From Terriglobia bacterium (GTDB taxonomy: Bacteria; Acidobacteriota; Terriglobia; JAJPHL01; JAPKYU01), in contig CBDBKE010000001.1 in NCBI GenBank assembly GCA_965206645.1, positions 192,001 to 256,000 of the forward strand: DNA of 64,000 bases. Direction: 5' to 3'. This document shows, piece after piece, positions 1 through 9,193 of the stretch. The notes beneath the pieces are model-generated. The model saw nothing but the letters and a program-made list of their open reading frames with translations. It had not been told where the DNA came from and searched no databases. The first letter of the stretch is position 1. Each line of letters starts with the position of its first letter. Made by a program: the position numbers and the translations under genes.

Positions 1-543
1 CAGATGGTGGAAAGCTTCCACGGCATCTTCCTGGCTATGCTGCAAATCTCCAAGCCCGTGGTGACGGTGGTCAATGGACCGGCCGTGGGCGCCGGCTGTG
101 AGCTGGCCTTGTTCGGCGATCTGGTGTTAGCAAGCGAAAAGGCGGTGTTCGCGCAGCCGGAAGTGAGAGCTGGTTTGTTTCCGCCGATCGCCGCTGTTTT
201 CCTGCCGCACTTGGTTGGTCCCAAGCGCGCCCTGCAGATGATCCTGACCGGTGAGCGCATCGGCGGCCAGGAAGCTTTGCGCCTGGGCCTGGTGAACCGA
301 CTGGTGTCCGAGGCGGAGTTGGAGAGGACGGTCGAGGCACTGGTGACCCAGATTTCCGAACAGAGCGCGCCGGTACTGGAGATGGCCAAGAAGGTGATCT
401 ATCTTTCAATGGGCATGCCGCTGCAGGATGCGATGAAAAAGAGCGCCGATCTGTATCTGAATCACCTCATGGAACTGGAAGACTCGCAGGAAGGCCTGCG
501 GGCCATCCTGGAGCGGCGCAAGCCGGTCTGGAAGAATAAATAG
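1..543 (+). CDS. Enoyl-CoA hydratase/isomerase family protein, 5' part outside window; Dch-like
   Basis: Crotonase motifs VNGPAVGAGCELAL..DL, FAQPE..GL, EALRLGLVN; C-terminus LYLNHLMELEDSQEGL..ERRKPVW. Confidence 0.85.
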   Translation, partial: QMVESFHGIFLAMLQISKPVVTVVNGPAVGAGCELALFGDLVLASEKAVFAQPEVRAGLFPPIAAVFLPHLVGPKRALQMILTGERIGGQEALRLGLVNRLVSEAELERTVEALVTQISEQSAPVLEMAKKVIYLSMGMPLQDAMKKSADLYLNHLMELEDSQEGLRAILERRKPVWKNK

Positions 544-544
544 C

Positions 545-838
545 ATGTCCACCCCACAACAGCCGAAGATCAACACCACCAAGAAACTTGACTACCGCGA
601 AAGCTACTCCAACAGCGTGCAAATCCGGGTCAACGTCTGGGACTTTTTCCTCCAATTCGGCACCTTCAACCAGACGGTGCCCGACGCGGTGGAGATCGAA
701 TACTTCCAGGGCATCTACCTGAGCCCGCAACAGGCCAAGGCGCTGTTAAACGTTTTACAGCAGAACATGGCCACCTACGAGAGCACCTTCGGGGAAATCA
801 AGCTGGACCCGCGCATGGGGACGGTGTCGGTCCAGTGA
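545..838 (+). CDS. DUF3467 domain protein
   Basis: YRESYSNSVQI..WDFFLQFG..IYLSPQQAKALL..L..YE..FGEI pattern; 1 nt after upstream stop. Confidence 0.75.
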   Translation: MSTPQQPKINTTKKLDYRESYSNSVQIRVNVWDFFLQFGTFNQTVPDAVEIEYFQGIYLSPQQAKALLNVLQQNMATYESTFGEIKLDPRMGTVSVQ

Positions 839-848
839 CCGCTGCTCC

Positions 849-1487
849 ATGAGGGCCCGCGCTCTAGCGGTTGTCGGGCGACTAGAGGCCCGCGACGGCT
901 GGGGAGCCCATCTGGCCGTGGTGGTCCTGTACATCCTCATCGTCGTCCTCCTCCACTTCCCTCTTAGGTTGGCAGCAGGGCCGCTGCTTGCTCCGCTCCA
1001 CAATAAGGCTGAACGCGAAGGCGGGGCCCGGACGGAGAAACAGTCCGGCCAGAAGGAGGGGCAGGAGCAGAAGCAGAAGAAATCAGGTCAGCAACGAGAG
1101 GGGCCGGGCAAGTCGGACAACGTCCAGCAGGAAATCGCCCGAATCGTGCGCGACCTGCAGTTCGCGTTGGAAGGTGGCTCGGCGCAGGGGGTGCTGTCGC
1201 TGACTGATTCGACGAAGTTCCGCAACTATGCGAGCTTCCAGGATACAGTGGAACGGCTGGTGCGCGAGGACACCATCCGCGCCTACTTTCGTCAGGTAAG
1301 CGGGTCCCGGTCGGCGGAGAAAGGCAGAGCCCGGAGCCGGGTGGATGCGGAAATGGAGCTGGCGCGCAAGAACGCTGCTGGGCAGACGGAGCGCCGCCGC
1401 CGGCAACTGGAGTTCGAATTCGAGCGCACCCGGCGCGGCTGGCGTATCACCAACATCACCCCGCGCACCTTTTTTGAACCGCTCTAG
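849..1487 (+). CDS. Hypothetical membrane-anchored protein with NTF2-like C-terminal domain
   Basis: Hydrophobic N-terminal helix, Q/K/E-rich linker, C-terminal FEFERTRRGWRIT typical of NTF2-like folds; same direction as upstream genes. Confidence 0.55.
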   Translation: MRARALAVVGRLEARDGWGAHLAVVVLYILIVVLLHFPLRLAAGPLLAPLHNKAEREGGARTEKQSGQKEGQEQKQKKSGQQREGPGKSDNVQQEIARIVRDLQFALEGGSAQGVLSLTDSTKFRNYASFQDTVERLVREDTIRAYFRQVSGSRSAEKGRARSRVDAEMELARKNAAGQTERRRRQLEFEFERTRRGWRITNITPRTFFEPL

Positions 1488-1507
1488 CGGGTCTGAAGCT
1501 GTCGGCG

Positions 1508-2347
1508 TCAGTCGGTTGCGGTAGCGCGCTCCATTCTGCGCCTGTGCTCTAGCGTGCGCAATTGGTCAGCAAAATTGCCCAACTGTTGCTGCAGTTGCTC
1601 CACCCGGTGCCTCAGCTCTGCCTCCGGATCTTGCGCCTGCTCAACGGCTACCTGCTCGGCCTTGACCGATTGGAGATTGTTGATCAGAACGGCAATGAAC
1701 AGGTTGGTGATCACGAACACCGCGATGACGACGAAGCTCGTGAAGTAAATCCACGACCAGGGATATGCGGTCATGGTAGTCTGCTGCATCTCGTTCCAGC
1801 CTTCCAGCGTCAGGATCTGAAAGAGGCTCAACAGGGCCGTGCCCAGGCCACCCCAGTGTTCCGGGGCCACTGAGGAAAACAGGTAATACCCCAGGATGGC
1901 ATAGACATAGAGCACCACAGCCAGCAGGGTCACCACATGTGCCATGGAGGGGATGGAGCGCAGCATGGTGTCCACGATCAGCCGCAGGTTGGGTGACACG
2001 GAAACCAGCCGGGTCACCCGCGCCACTCGGGCCAAGCGTGCCACCGTCGCAAACGGCCCGGCGACCGGGAGTAAGGAGAGGGCCACCACTGTGAAGTCGA
2101 AAACGTTCCAGCCGTCGCGGAAGAACCGCGATGCACGAGGCCAGTAGGCCAGCATCCGCACCGCGATCTCGAAGACGAAGATTGTCTGAACAGCCATGTT
2201 CAGGACGTGGAACAGCCGCCCGTAGGCGGCCATCAACCCCCGCGAAGTCTCCAGCCCAATGACCACTGCGTTGAAAACGATCACAGCTATGATGAAGGAC
2301 TGAAACGACTCTTTCTCAGCGACTCTACGGCACCAAGCTGTCATCAC
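1508..2347 (-). CDS. Voltage-gated cation channel (BacNav/AnclNav-like ion transporter)
   Basis: Six TM helices, FF.DGWNVFDF motif, S4 RLARVARVTR, pore filter TLEGWNE, S6 NLFIAV, C-terminal coiled coil; GGAGG RBS. Confidence 0.92.
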   Translation of the reverse strand: MMTAWCRRVAEKESFQSFIIAVIVFNAVVIGLETSRGLMAAYGRLFHVLNMAVQTIFVFEIAVRMLAYWPRASRFFRDGWNVFDFTVVALSLLPVAGPFATVARLARVARVTRLVSVSPNLRLIVDTMLRSIPSMAHVVTLLAVVLYVYAILGYYLFSSVAPEHWGGLGTALLSLFQILTLEGWNEMQQTTMTAYPWSWIYFTSFVVIAVFVITNLFIAVLINNLQSVKAEQVAVEQAQDPEAELRHRVEQLQQQLGNFADQLRTLEHRRRMERATATD

Positions 2348-2515
2348 AAACCTCCTGGAATGGTTTTTGAAGTGGCCTGACTCACAAGCGTTTCCTGGCT
2401 CCGAATGGGCCCAGGGTCAAGATCGATTCGAGGGAGAAATTGGCTGTGGAAACGTGCCTCGTGGCTACAGTGGTAGGACATCCACCCTAGGCTGGGCCTG
2501 CCCTCCGACCGGGGC

Positions 2516-3094
2516 TTATCCCTTCTTCAATTCGGCCAGCACCAGGCGGGCGACTTCTTTGAGGGTCTCAAATACCCCGACGTTCTTAAAGGCGATCGCC
2601 TCGAAGACCGGTTCCCCTTTGCGCACCAACTCCTGCTTGAGTACGTCGATCGGGAGGGCGTTGGGAAGGTCGCGCTTGTTCAACTGAAGCGCGTAGGGGA
2701 TCTTGGCGAAATCGTAGCCGTGCTCCTTCAGGTTTTCTTCCAGGTTTCCAAGCGCTTCCATGTTGGCATCCATACGCTCTTCCTGGGAATCGGCCACGAA
2801 CACGACACCGTCCACACCTCGGAGGATCAGCTTACGGCTGGCGTCGTAGAAGACCTGTCCAGGAACCGTGTAGAGGTGAAAGCGCGTCTTGAAGCCTCGT
2901 ACTGTGCCCAGATCCAGGGGGAGGAAGTCAAAAAACAGGGTCCGGTCACTTTCGGTGGCCAGCGAGATCATCTTACCCTTGTTGGGCGCATTGTCGAAAA
3001 CCACCTGCAGATTGGTGGTCTTCCCGCCCAGCCCGGCTCCGTAATAGACCAGCTTGCAGTTAATCTCGCGGGCTGCAAAATTGATGAAGCTCAA
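2516..3094 (-). CDS. mglA: MglA-family small GTPase
   Basis: [28 protein letters not shown] (G1), RTLFFD (G2), TVPGQ (G3), NKRD (G4); probable TTG start at 3094. Confidence 0.92.
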   Translation of the reverse strand: MSFINFAAREINCKLVYYGAGLGGKTTNLQVVFDNAPNKGKMISLATESDRTLFFDFLPLDLGTVRGFKTRFHLYTVPGQVFYDASRKLILRGVDGVVFVADSQEERMDANMEALGNLEENLKEHGYDFAKIPYALQLNKRDLPNALPIDVLKQELVRKGEPVFEAIAFKNVGVFETLKEVARLVLAELKKG

Positions 3095-3319
3095 ATCATC
3101 CCCCGGATTTAGCCAATTGCATCCCTTTGAAAAATAAGGGCGATCCCGAATTGCTCGGAACAAGCGAAGGTATACCATGAGGGGCTTCCTAGTTGCAACG
3201 GTTTTGGCGCTTGCGCCGGTGGCCTTGTTGCCCGATGGCAGGCCCCTTGCAACCCCTTGATATTTCTGTTACAAGTATGTGATTGGCCGTGATCTGGAAT
3301 CTTCGGCAAGGGGAGCTTC

Positions 3320-4018
3320 ATGCCGGGAGGCAGCAAAATGAAGAAGCAGGTCAGAAGGAAGCCTGCCCGAGTGGCCAGGGCTACCTCATTGAAGAAAAAG
3401 AGGTCTTTATCTAAGCCGCTTAAAAAGAATAAGATATCGGCCCATGGCAGACGCCGTGGTAGTGCCGCTCTGCCCGCGAAGGCACGCCTAGCCCGGCAGC
3501 GGGAAGTCGTGCCGCTACCGAACCCGGATCCCCGCGCTCGACTGGCCGTAGAGCAATACGAAGCGGCCGTCCGGCTACTGCAGAAACAGAAGTTCGAGAA
3601 GGCTAAGTCGTTGTTCGAGAAGGCGATGGCCGGACCTACGCAGGAACTGACCGACCGGGCCCGTGTGCACCTGAACATTTGCGAACAGCGCCTGCGGCGG
3701 CGGAGCGTGCCTATTCGCACTCCCGAGGATCACTATAACGTCGCTGTGGCCCTCATCAACTCCGGGCGTCTGGAGGAAGCTGAACAACATCTGAACCGGG
3801 CCCTGAAGCTAACTCCGCGCGCCGACCATGTCTATTACGCTCTGTCGGCGGTCCAGTCCTTGCGGGGAGATATCGAAGGGGCGCTGGAGAACCTTCGGAC
3901 CGCCATTGACCTGGAGCCTCGCAACCGGTACTTGGCTCGCAATGACCGAGATTTCACGGCTTTGACCGAAGATCCTCGCTTCGCCGACCTGGCCTACCCG
4001 GAGAGCAACGTCATCTGA
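3320..4018 (+). CDS. Tetratricopeptide repeat protein with basic N-terminal tail
   Basis: TPR helices (HYNVAVALINSGRLEEAE.., ALENLRTAIDLEP..ARNDRDF); K/R-rich first ~50 aa. Confidence 0.8.
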   Translation: MPGGSKMKKQVRRKPARVARATSLKKKRSLSKPLKKNKISAHGRRRGSAALPAKARLARQREVVPLPNPDPRARLAVEQYEAAVRLLQKQKFEKAKSLFEKAMAGPTQELTDRARVHLNICEQRLRRRSVPIRTPEDHYNVAVALINSGRLEEAEQHLNRALKLTPRADHVYYALSAVQSLRGDIEGALENLRTAIDLEPRNRYLARNDRDFTALTEDPRFADLAYPESNVI

Positions 4019-4196
4019 AGGCCGACCAAGGGTCATTCCTGTGCCTGAGGGTCGCCCCTTTTCCCGAAGCTACGTTCGGAGAAAACAGCGATAATGCGGT
4101 TGGACCCAAGCCGGGGGGGGGCAAAGCCGGAAGGGAGCCGTACCCGCGCGCTCCAAGTCACCAACGCGTCGTGCCGATCGCTCCACTCGGGACACC

Positions 4197-5612
4197 ATGA
4201 GCACCCCTGACTTGGCTATCGCGATTCTGGCCGCAGGGTTGGGAACGCGACTCAAATCCGGCATCGCCAAGGTCTTGCACCGTGCCGGCGGGCGAGCCTT
4301 GGCCGAGCACGTGGTGCGGGTGGCGCTGGAGCTGGTCCCGGCCGAGCGGGTCTTTGTGATCGTGGGCCACCAGGCCGAAACGGTACGCCAGTTGCTAGGG
4401 CCCTACGGCGTGCGCTTTATTCACCAGCGCGAGCAGCTGGGGACGGCCCACGCGCTGCTGGTCGGGCAGAAACAGTTAGAAAGAGCAGCCCGGCACCTGC
4501 TGGTGTTGTACGGTGACGTTCCGCTACTGACCGCAGACACACTCCGGCGCCTAATCGAAGCGCACCTGGATGCCAGCGCGGCAGCGACGCTGTTCACCGT
4601 GGAGCTGGATGATCCTGCCCAGTATGGTCGCATCCTCCGCGACGCCACCGGCCGTCTGGCCGACATCGTTGAGTACAAGTCCTCGACGCCGGAACAAGCC
4701 GCCATCCGGGAAGTCAACGCCGGCATCTATTGTTTTCTCTCCGGCCCGTTATTTGCTCACCTTGGCAAGGTCAGCAATCAGAACAAGGCAGGCGAGTATT
4801 ACCTGACGGACCTGCCCGCCATGTTGCGCCGTGCCGGCCAGCACGTGCTGGCGGTTCAGTTGGGTGAGCCCCAGGAAGTGCTGGGGGTCAACACCCGGGT
4901 CGAGTTGGCCGAGCTGGATGCGCTGCTGCGCGAGCGCAAGGCCCGCGACCTGATGCTCAGCGGCGTCACCATCTACCGCCCGGAAACCTGCGTGATTGAT
5001 CCGGACGTCGAGGTGGGCCCTGATTCGGTGATCGGCCCCTGCGTGGCACTCTACGGGCGCAGTCGGTTGGGTTCCAACTGCGTTGTGCGCTCCTACTCAA
5101 GCCTGTCGGATACAGTGCTGGAGGAGGGCGCCGTGGTGCACGAGTGTTGCTGGCTGGAGCACTCTCAGGTTGGCCCGCGCGCTTCCATTGGCCCGTTTGC
5201 CCGCCTCCGTCCTGGCAGCCAGATTGGCGCCGAAGCTAAGGTCGGCAACTTCGTCGAGACCAAGAAAACGCGCTTGGGGCGCCGCAGTAAAGCGCAGCAT
5301 CTGGCTTACCTGGGCGATGCCACTATCGGCGAAAACGTCAACATCGGTGCCGGCACCGTCACCTGCAACTTCGACGGGGAGAAGAAACATCCCACCCGGA
5401 TTGAAAACGGTGTGTTCATCGGCACCAATGCTTCCCTGTTAGCCCCCCTGCGTGTGGGCAAGAATGCCTACGTGGCCGCAGGCTCGGTGGTTACCGAAGA
5501 CGTCCCGGAGGGTTCCCTGGCCATTGCGCGTGCGCCTCAGACCACCAAGGCGGGTTGGACTCGCCGGCGCCGCGCCCCCCGCCAGGCCAAAGCCAACGCC
5601 AGAAAATCCTGA
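4197..5612 (+). CDS. glmU: Bifunctional UDP-GlcNAc pyrophosphorylase/glucosamine-1-phosphate acetyltransferase
   Basis: LAAGLGTRLKS..KVLH, QLGTAHA, YGDVP, EYYLTD, hexapeptide repeats, GNFVETKK, HLAYLGD. Confidence 0.97.
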   Translation: MSTPDLAIAILAAGLGTRLKSGIAKVLHRAGGRALAEHVVRVALELVPAERVFVIVGHQAETVRQLLGPYGVRFIHQREQLGTAHALLVGQKQLERAARHLLVLYGDVPLLTADTLRRLIEAHLDASAAATLFTVELDDPAQYGRILRDATGRLADIVEYKSSTPEQAAIREVNAGIYCFLSGPLFAHLGKVSNQNKAGEYYLTDLPAMLRRAGQHVLAVQLGEPQEVLGVNTRVELAELDALLRERKARDLMLSGVTIYRPETCVIDPDVEVGPDSVIGPCVALYGRSRLGSNCVVRSYSSLSDTVLEEGAVVHECCWLEHSQVGPRASIGPFARLRPGSQIGAEAKVGNFVETKKTRLGRRSKAQHLAYLGDATIGENVNIGAGTVTCNFDGEKKHPTRIENGVFIGTNASLLAPLRVGKNAYVAAGSVVTEDVPEGSLAIARAPQTTKAGWTRRRRAPRQAKANARKS

Positions 5613-5764
5613 AGGACTTCTTCTAGGCTGCTGAAAAACCCTCTTGAACAGACCCGCACAGGCTGGAGCCCGTGCCACTCACGCAACTCGCGTTTGGGGC
5701 GGCCGTGCTAGACTGGCCGGTTTTGAGGAGCCCGGCCGGTAAGCCCGATCAGGAAACAAGGACA

Positions 5765-6265
5765 ATGACGGTTGAATTCCGGAAGGGCGACATCACCGAA
5801 GCGGACGTGGACGCGGTAGTGAACGCGGCCAATACGCAACTGCAACTGGGAGCGGGGGTGGCCGGGGCCATCCGCCGCAAGGGTGGCCCGGCGATCCAGC
5901 AGGAGTGCAACCAAGTGGGCCCCGTCGAGCTGGGCGAGGCGGCCATCACGAGTGGCGGACAGCTCAAGGCCCGCTACGTGATTCACGCCGCCGGGATGCA
6001 CCTCGGGGGTGGCGTCACGGCTGACTCCTGCCAGGCAGCCACCGTGAACTCGCTCCACCGCGCCGAGGAGAAACAGTTGCGCAGCATCGCCTTCCCGGCC
6101 ATCGGCACCGGCGTCGGTGGCCTGGACATGGGGAGCTGCGCCGAGATCATGCTGCGCGCGGTCCGCGGGCACACGCCCGGCTCCCTCCAGCGCGTGCTGT
6201 TTGTTCTGTTCGACGACGCGGCACTGGCCGCTTTCCAGAAAACGTGGAAGCAACTGAGCGATTAG
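5765..6265 (+). CDS. Macro domain protein (YmdB-like ADP-ribose binding/deacetylase)
   Basis: GDIT..DVDAVVNAAN..L..GAGVAGAI, SIAFPAIGTGVGG; ATG at 5765 after AAGGA. Confidence 0.92.
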   Translation: MTVEFRKGDITEADVDAVVNAANTQLQLGAGVAGAIRRKGGPAIQQECNQVGPVELGEAAITSGGQLKARYVIHAAGMHLGGGVTADSCQAATVNSLHRAEEKQLRSIAFPAIGTGVGGLDMGSCAEIMLRAVRGHTPGSLQRVLFVLFDDAALAAFQKTWKQLSD

Positions 6266-6531
6266 CCCGGGTCCAGACCGAGCTGGCCAAGTACGAGCAT
6301 CCCCTGTTCGAGTTGGGTGCCCGGCTCAAGGGAGAGGCCGTCGAGCTTTCCATTGACTTCAAGCACCGTTCGCTCGGCGTCCACACCTACCAGTTTGAGT
6401 TCCACCCGCGCGACATCGAACACCCGCAATTCACCTGGACCTTCCAGCGCCAGCTCTACGACTGCCTGCACGATTACATCATCGAAATGTTCACCCGGAA
6501 CCCGCAGTACCAGGGGGAAGGCAGCCAGTAA
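6244..6531 (+). CDS. Hypothetical protein
   Basis: 95-aa ORF with GC3-biased codons, overlaps the macro domain gene end by 22 nt. Confidence 0.65.
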   Translation: MEATERLARVQTELAKYEHPLFELGARLKGEAVELSIDFKHRSLGVHTYQFEFHPRDIEHPQFTWTFQRQLYDCLHDYIIEMFTRNPQYQGEGSQ

Positions 6532-6624
6532 GTTCTCCTGCAGGCTGCCGGGTAGCCCGGTAATCCCCGTCCTGCCGGGACTGTGGTACACTCCGGCCAA
6601 CTAGTTCGCTATCGGAGGTTGGCA

Positions 6625-6867
6625 ATGAGCTTCCTGCGCATGATCCTGCTCGCAGCGTATCTGGCCGGGGTGGCGGCGATGGTGTTCGGGGCGGCTATCC
6701 GCTTTGAGCTCATCGGCATGATGGGCCTGCAGGCCAGGGGGGCGCTGACGTTTGCGATCGGTTGCTTCCTGTGCGCGCTGGCTACGCGGGAAGTGGCGGC
6801 GATTCTGGAGAAGCCAAAAGAACAGCCCCAGGTAGAGCAGGCCAAGGCCCGCGCCGCCGACGCCTAA
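6625..6867 (+). CDS. Small membrane protein (2 TM)
   Basis: GGAGG RBS before ATG 6625; two hydrophobic helices. Confidence 0.65.
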   Translation: MSFLRMILLAAYLAGVAAMVFGAAIRFELIGMMGLQARGALTFAIGCFLCALATREVAAILEKPKEQPQVEQAKARAADA

Positions 6868-7055
6868 GGGTAGGGGCACCGCCGACCCGCGAAGCCTGCC
6901 TGACCCCGCCGCCGGGTGCGCCAGAAGGGCAAGCACCTGCTTGTAGCCGCCGCCAGAACTTGCTGACTGCGGTGCCCAAGGGCAGCCTGGCGACACTCCA
7001 CCTGCTGGGCGGACTCTTTCCGCCACCATGTCTTCGTGTTTCCATTGAGCTACAC

Positions 7056-8078
7056 GTGAGCTTGCAAGCTGAGGTCGTGGCCGAGGTCCGCGCCGGCGGT
7101 CCCATCACCTTTGCGCGCTATATGGAGTTGTGCCTCTATCATCCTCGCTATGGCTACTACCGCGGCTCCTACAACTCCGGGCACGAGAAGTTCGGCGCAG
7201 CGGGCGATTTTTATACCAGCGCGCAGGTGCATCCTGGCTTTGCGCGCTTACTAGTGCGGCGTTGGGTGGCGATGTGGGAATCCTTGGGGTGCGGCGAGTT
7301 CATCCTGCTGGAGCCGGGCGCCGGCCGGGGCGAGGTCGCGCGTGAGGCCCAGGTCTGGGCGGCCCGTACCTACCCCGAGTTTTCCCGCGCTCTGCGGTAT
7401 CTGCCCCTGGAGTACGGCGACCCCCTCCCACCACCTTTCTCGGGCTGCATCTTTTCTAACGAGTTCTTCGACTCCCAGCCCACGCACGCGCTCCGCTTTT
7501 GCACGGGCCGCTTGCGCGAGTTATACGTGGCCGAGCGCGACGGCTGTCTTTGTTGGCAGGAAGGTGAGCCTTCTTCGCCGGAGTTCGAGTCCTGGCTGAC
7601 CCGTTTGGGAATCGAGCCTGCGGAAGGGCAGGTGCTGGAGCTAAGCCCAGCAGCCGCCGACTGGATGCAGCGCTTCAGTACGCTGCTCGAACGCGGGTAC
7701 GTCTTGAGCTTCGACTACGGCTATCGGGCCCGCGAAATCAACCGCGGGATGCGTTTCCCCAACGGCTCACTGATGACCTACCGCAAGCACACCGCCACCG
7801 AAGAAGTGTTTCGCCAGCTCGGCGAGCGCGACATCACCGCCCACGTGAACTTCGACCTGTTGCGGGCGGCAGGCTGCGATGCCGGTTTGCGTGAGACGCG
7901 CTTCTGTACTCAGGGGAGCTATCTGATGGAGTTGGGCGAGGCAGGCCAGTTTGCAGAAGTTTTCGCCGACTCCGCCACCGAAGCCGATCGCCTGAAGGCG
8001 ACGCTGCTGCTGAAGAACCTTCTGTTCGGCCTGGGCGAGACCATCCAGGTTCTGGAACAGGAACAGGCGCCTGACTGA
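7056..8078 (+). CDS. MidA/NDUFAF7-family SAM-dependent methyltransferase
   Basis: GPITFARYMELCLYHP..GYY, FGAAGDFYTS, EPGAGRG, SNEFFD, DYG, DITAHVNF; start inferred at GTG 7056. Confidence 0.9.
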   Translation: MSLQAEVVAEVRAGGPITFARYMELCLYHPRYGYYRGSYNSGHEKFGAAGDFYTSAQVHPGFARLLVRRWVAMWESLGCGEFILLEPGAGRGEVAREAQVWAARTYPEFSRALRYLPLEYGDPLPPPFSGCIFSNEFFDSQPTHALRFCTGRLRELYVAERDGCLCWQEGEPSSPEFESWLTRLGIEPAEGQVLELSPAAADWMQRFSTLLERGYVLSFDYGYRAREINRGMRFPNGSLMTYRKHTATEEVFRQLGERDITAHVNFDLLRAAGCDAGLRETRFCTQGSYLMELGEAGQFAEVFADSATEADRLKATLLLKNLLFGLGETIQVLEQEQAPD

Positions 8079-8110
8079 CCCGCGCGGCTCGCATTTGCGA
8101 AGCCTAGCCG

Positions 8111-8132
8111 AGCCACGAGCGTAAGCGAGTGG
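8111..8132. repeat. REP-like hairpin between convergent genes
   Basis: agCCACgaGC-GTAA-GCgaGTGG: stem with tandem GA mismatches and GNRA loop. Confidence 0.45.
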
Positions 8133-8154
8133 TCATTCCAGTCGGTTGGTGGAG

Positions 8155-9183
8155 TTATAAGATGCGGGCGAGCTGTTCCATCTCCGGCTCGCCGGGTTCC
8201 AGCGGCAGTTGAATGGGACGGCGCTCGATGGCAGAGCGGCAAATCGCCATGAGGATCTCCAACCCCTTATAGGCGCTCTCGCCGTTGCACGGGTGCACCT
8301 GCTTGGGATCGTCCAGCCACAGGGCAATGTCGCGGATGTAGCGGGGCTGATCATTCGGGGCACTCCAGCCACCCGGGCCGGAAATGGGCCCGCCCGAATC
8401 GCGGGTGACCGCCCGCCATCCCCCGCCGATTAACGCTTCCGCAAAGCCCTCCGTGCCTTGCGCGCCAATTCGCACCTTGTGCCAGAAGTATTCCACCTCC
8501 GGGACATCCTGGGCCAGGCTGCCGATCTCCACAATGCCGCGCACCCCGTTGTTGAACTGAATCAGACCAGTCGCGAAATCGGGAGAGGGGTGCGAGTCGG
8601 TCAGCTTCTCGCGTCCGTGCACCTGGCCCAGCACCCAGACGGCGTCGGCCTCGTTGTTGAAGTAGCGGACATAGTCCACGATGTGGGTGCCCATCTGGAG
8701 CAGCCAGCCCAAGGTGGTTCCGTACACGGTGTGGACGCGGCCGATCGTCCCGCTGGAGATTACCTCCTTGGCTTTCTGGAAGTGGGGGCCGTACTTAAGC
8801 TGGTGGCTCAGCACGGTCTTCACACCGGCCTTGCGACACAGCTCAGCCATCTCGACGGCCTCCCGGAAGGAAGTGGCCATCGGCTTCTCGTACGCGATCA
8901 ATTTGCAGCCTGCTTCCACTCCCGCGCGCACCATGGGCAAACGCACCGACGGCGGCGTGCAGAAGCAGAAAACATCGGGCTTCGTTTCCCGGAGCATCTG
9001 CGCCAGATCCGAGTAAAACTTCGGGTTGTCGGCAAGCTGGAGGGCAGCCTGTGCCCGCTCCTGATCGCGGCCGCAGATGCCTACCACCTGGAACCGGTCA
9101 TCCTTGTGAAAGTAGTCGGCGTGCACCTTGCCACGCTTGCCAGTTCCCAGGATCGCTACAGAATAGGTTTTCTTGGAGGCCAT
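8155..9183 (-). CDS. Gfo/Idh/MocA family oxidoreductase
   Basis: Rossmann VAILGTGKRG, EKPMA motif, GTHIVD. Confidence 0.9.
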   Translation of the reverse strand: MASKKTYSVAILGTGKRGKVHADYFHKDDRFQVVGICGRDQERAQAALQLADNPKFYSDLAQMLRETKPDVFCFCTPPSVRLPMVRAGVEAGCKLIAYEKPMATSFREAVEMAELCRKAGVKTVLSHQLKYGPHFQKAKEVISSGTIGRVHTVYGTTLGWLLQMGTHIVDYVRYFNNEADAVWVLGQVHGREKLTDSHPSPDFATGLIQFNNGVRGIVEIGSLAQDVPEVEYFWHKVRIGAQGTEGFAEALIGGGWRAVTRDSGGPISGPGGWSAPNDQPRYIRDIALWLDDPKQVHPCNGESAYKGLEILMAICRSAIERRPIQLPLEPGEPEMEQLARIL

Positions 9184-9193
9184 GAATGGGTCT

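Noticed and set aside
4059-4085. Hairpin after the TPR gene as a terminator
   Set aside because: Short bulged stem without a following U-tract on the plus strand
4113-4121. G9 tract upstream of glmU as a phase-variation switch
   Set aside because: Not clearly within a promoter spacer, upstream of an essential gene, and plausible by chance at this GC content
5625-5639. aggctgctgaaaaac resembling an IS terminal repeat
   Set aside because: No inverted partner or transposase remnant found nearby
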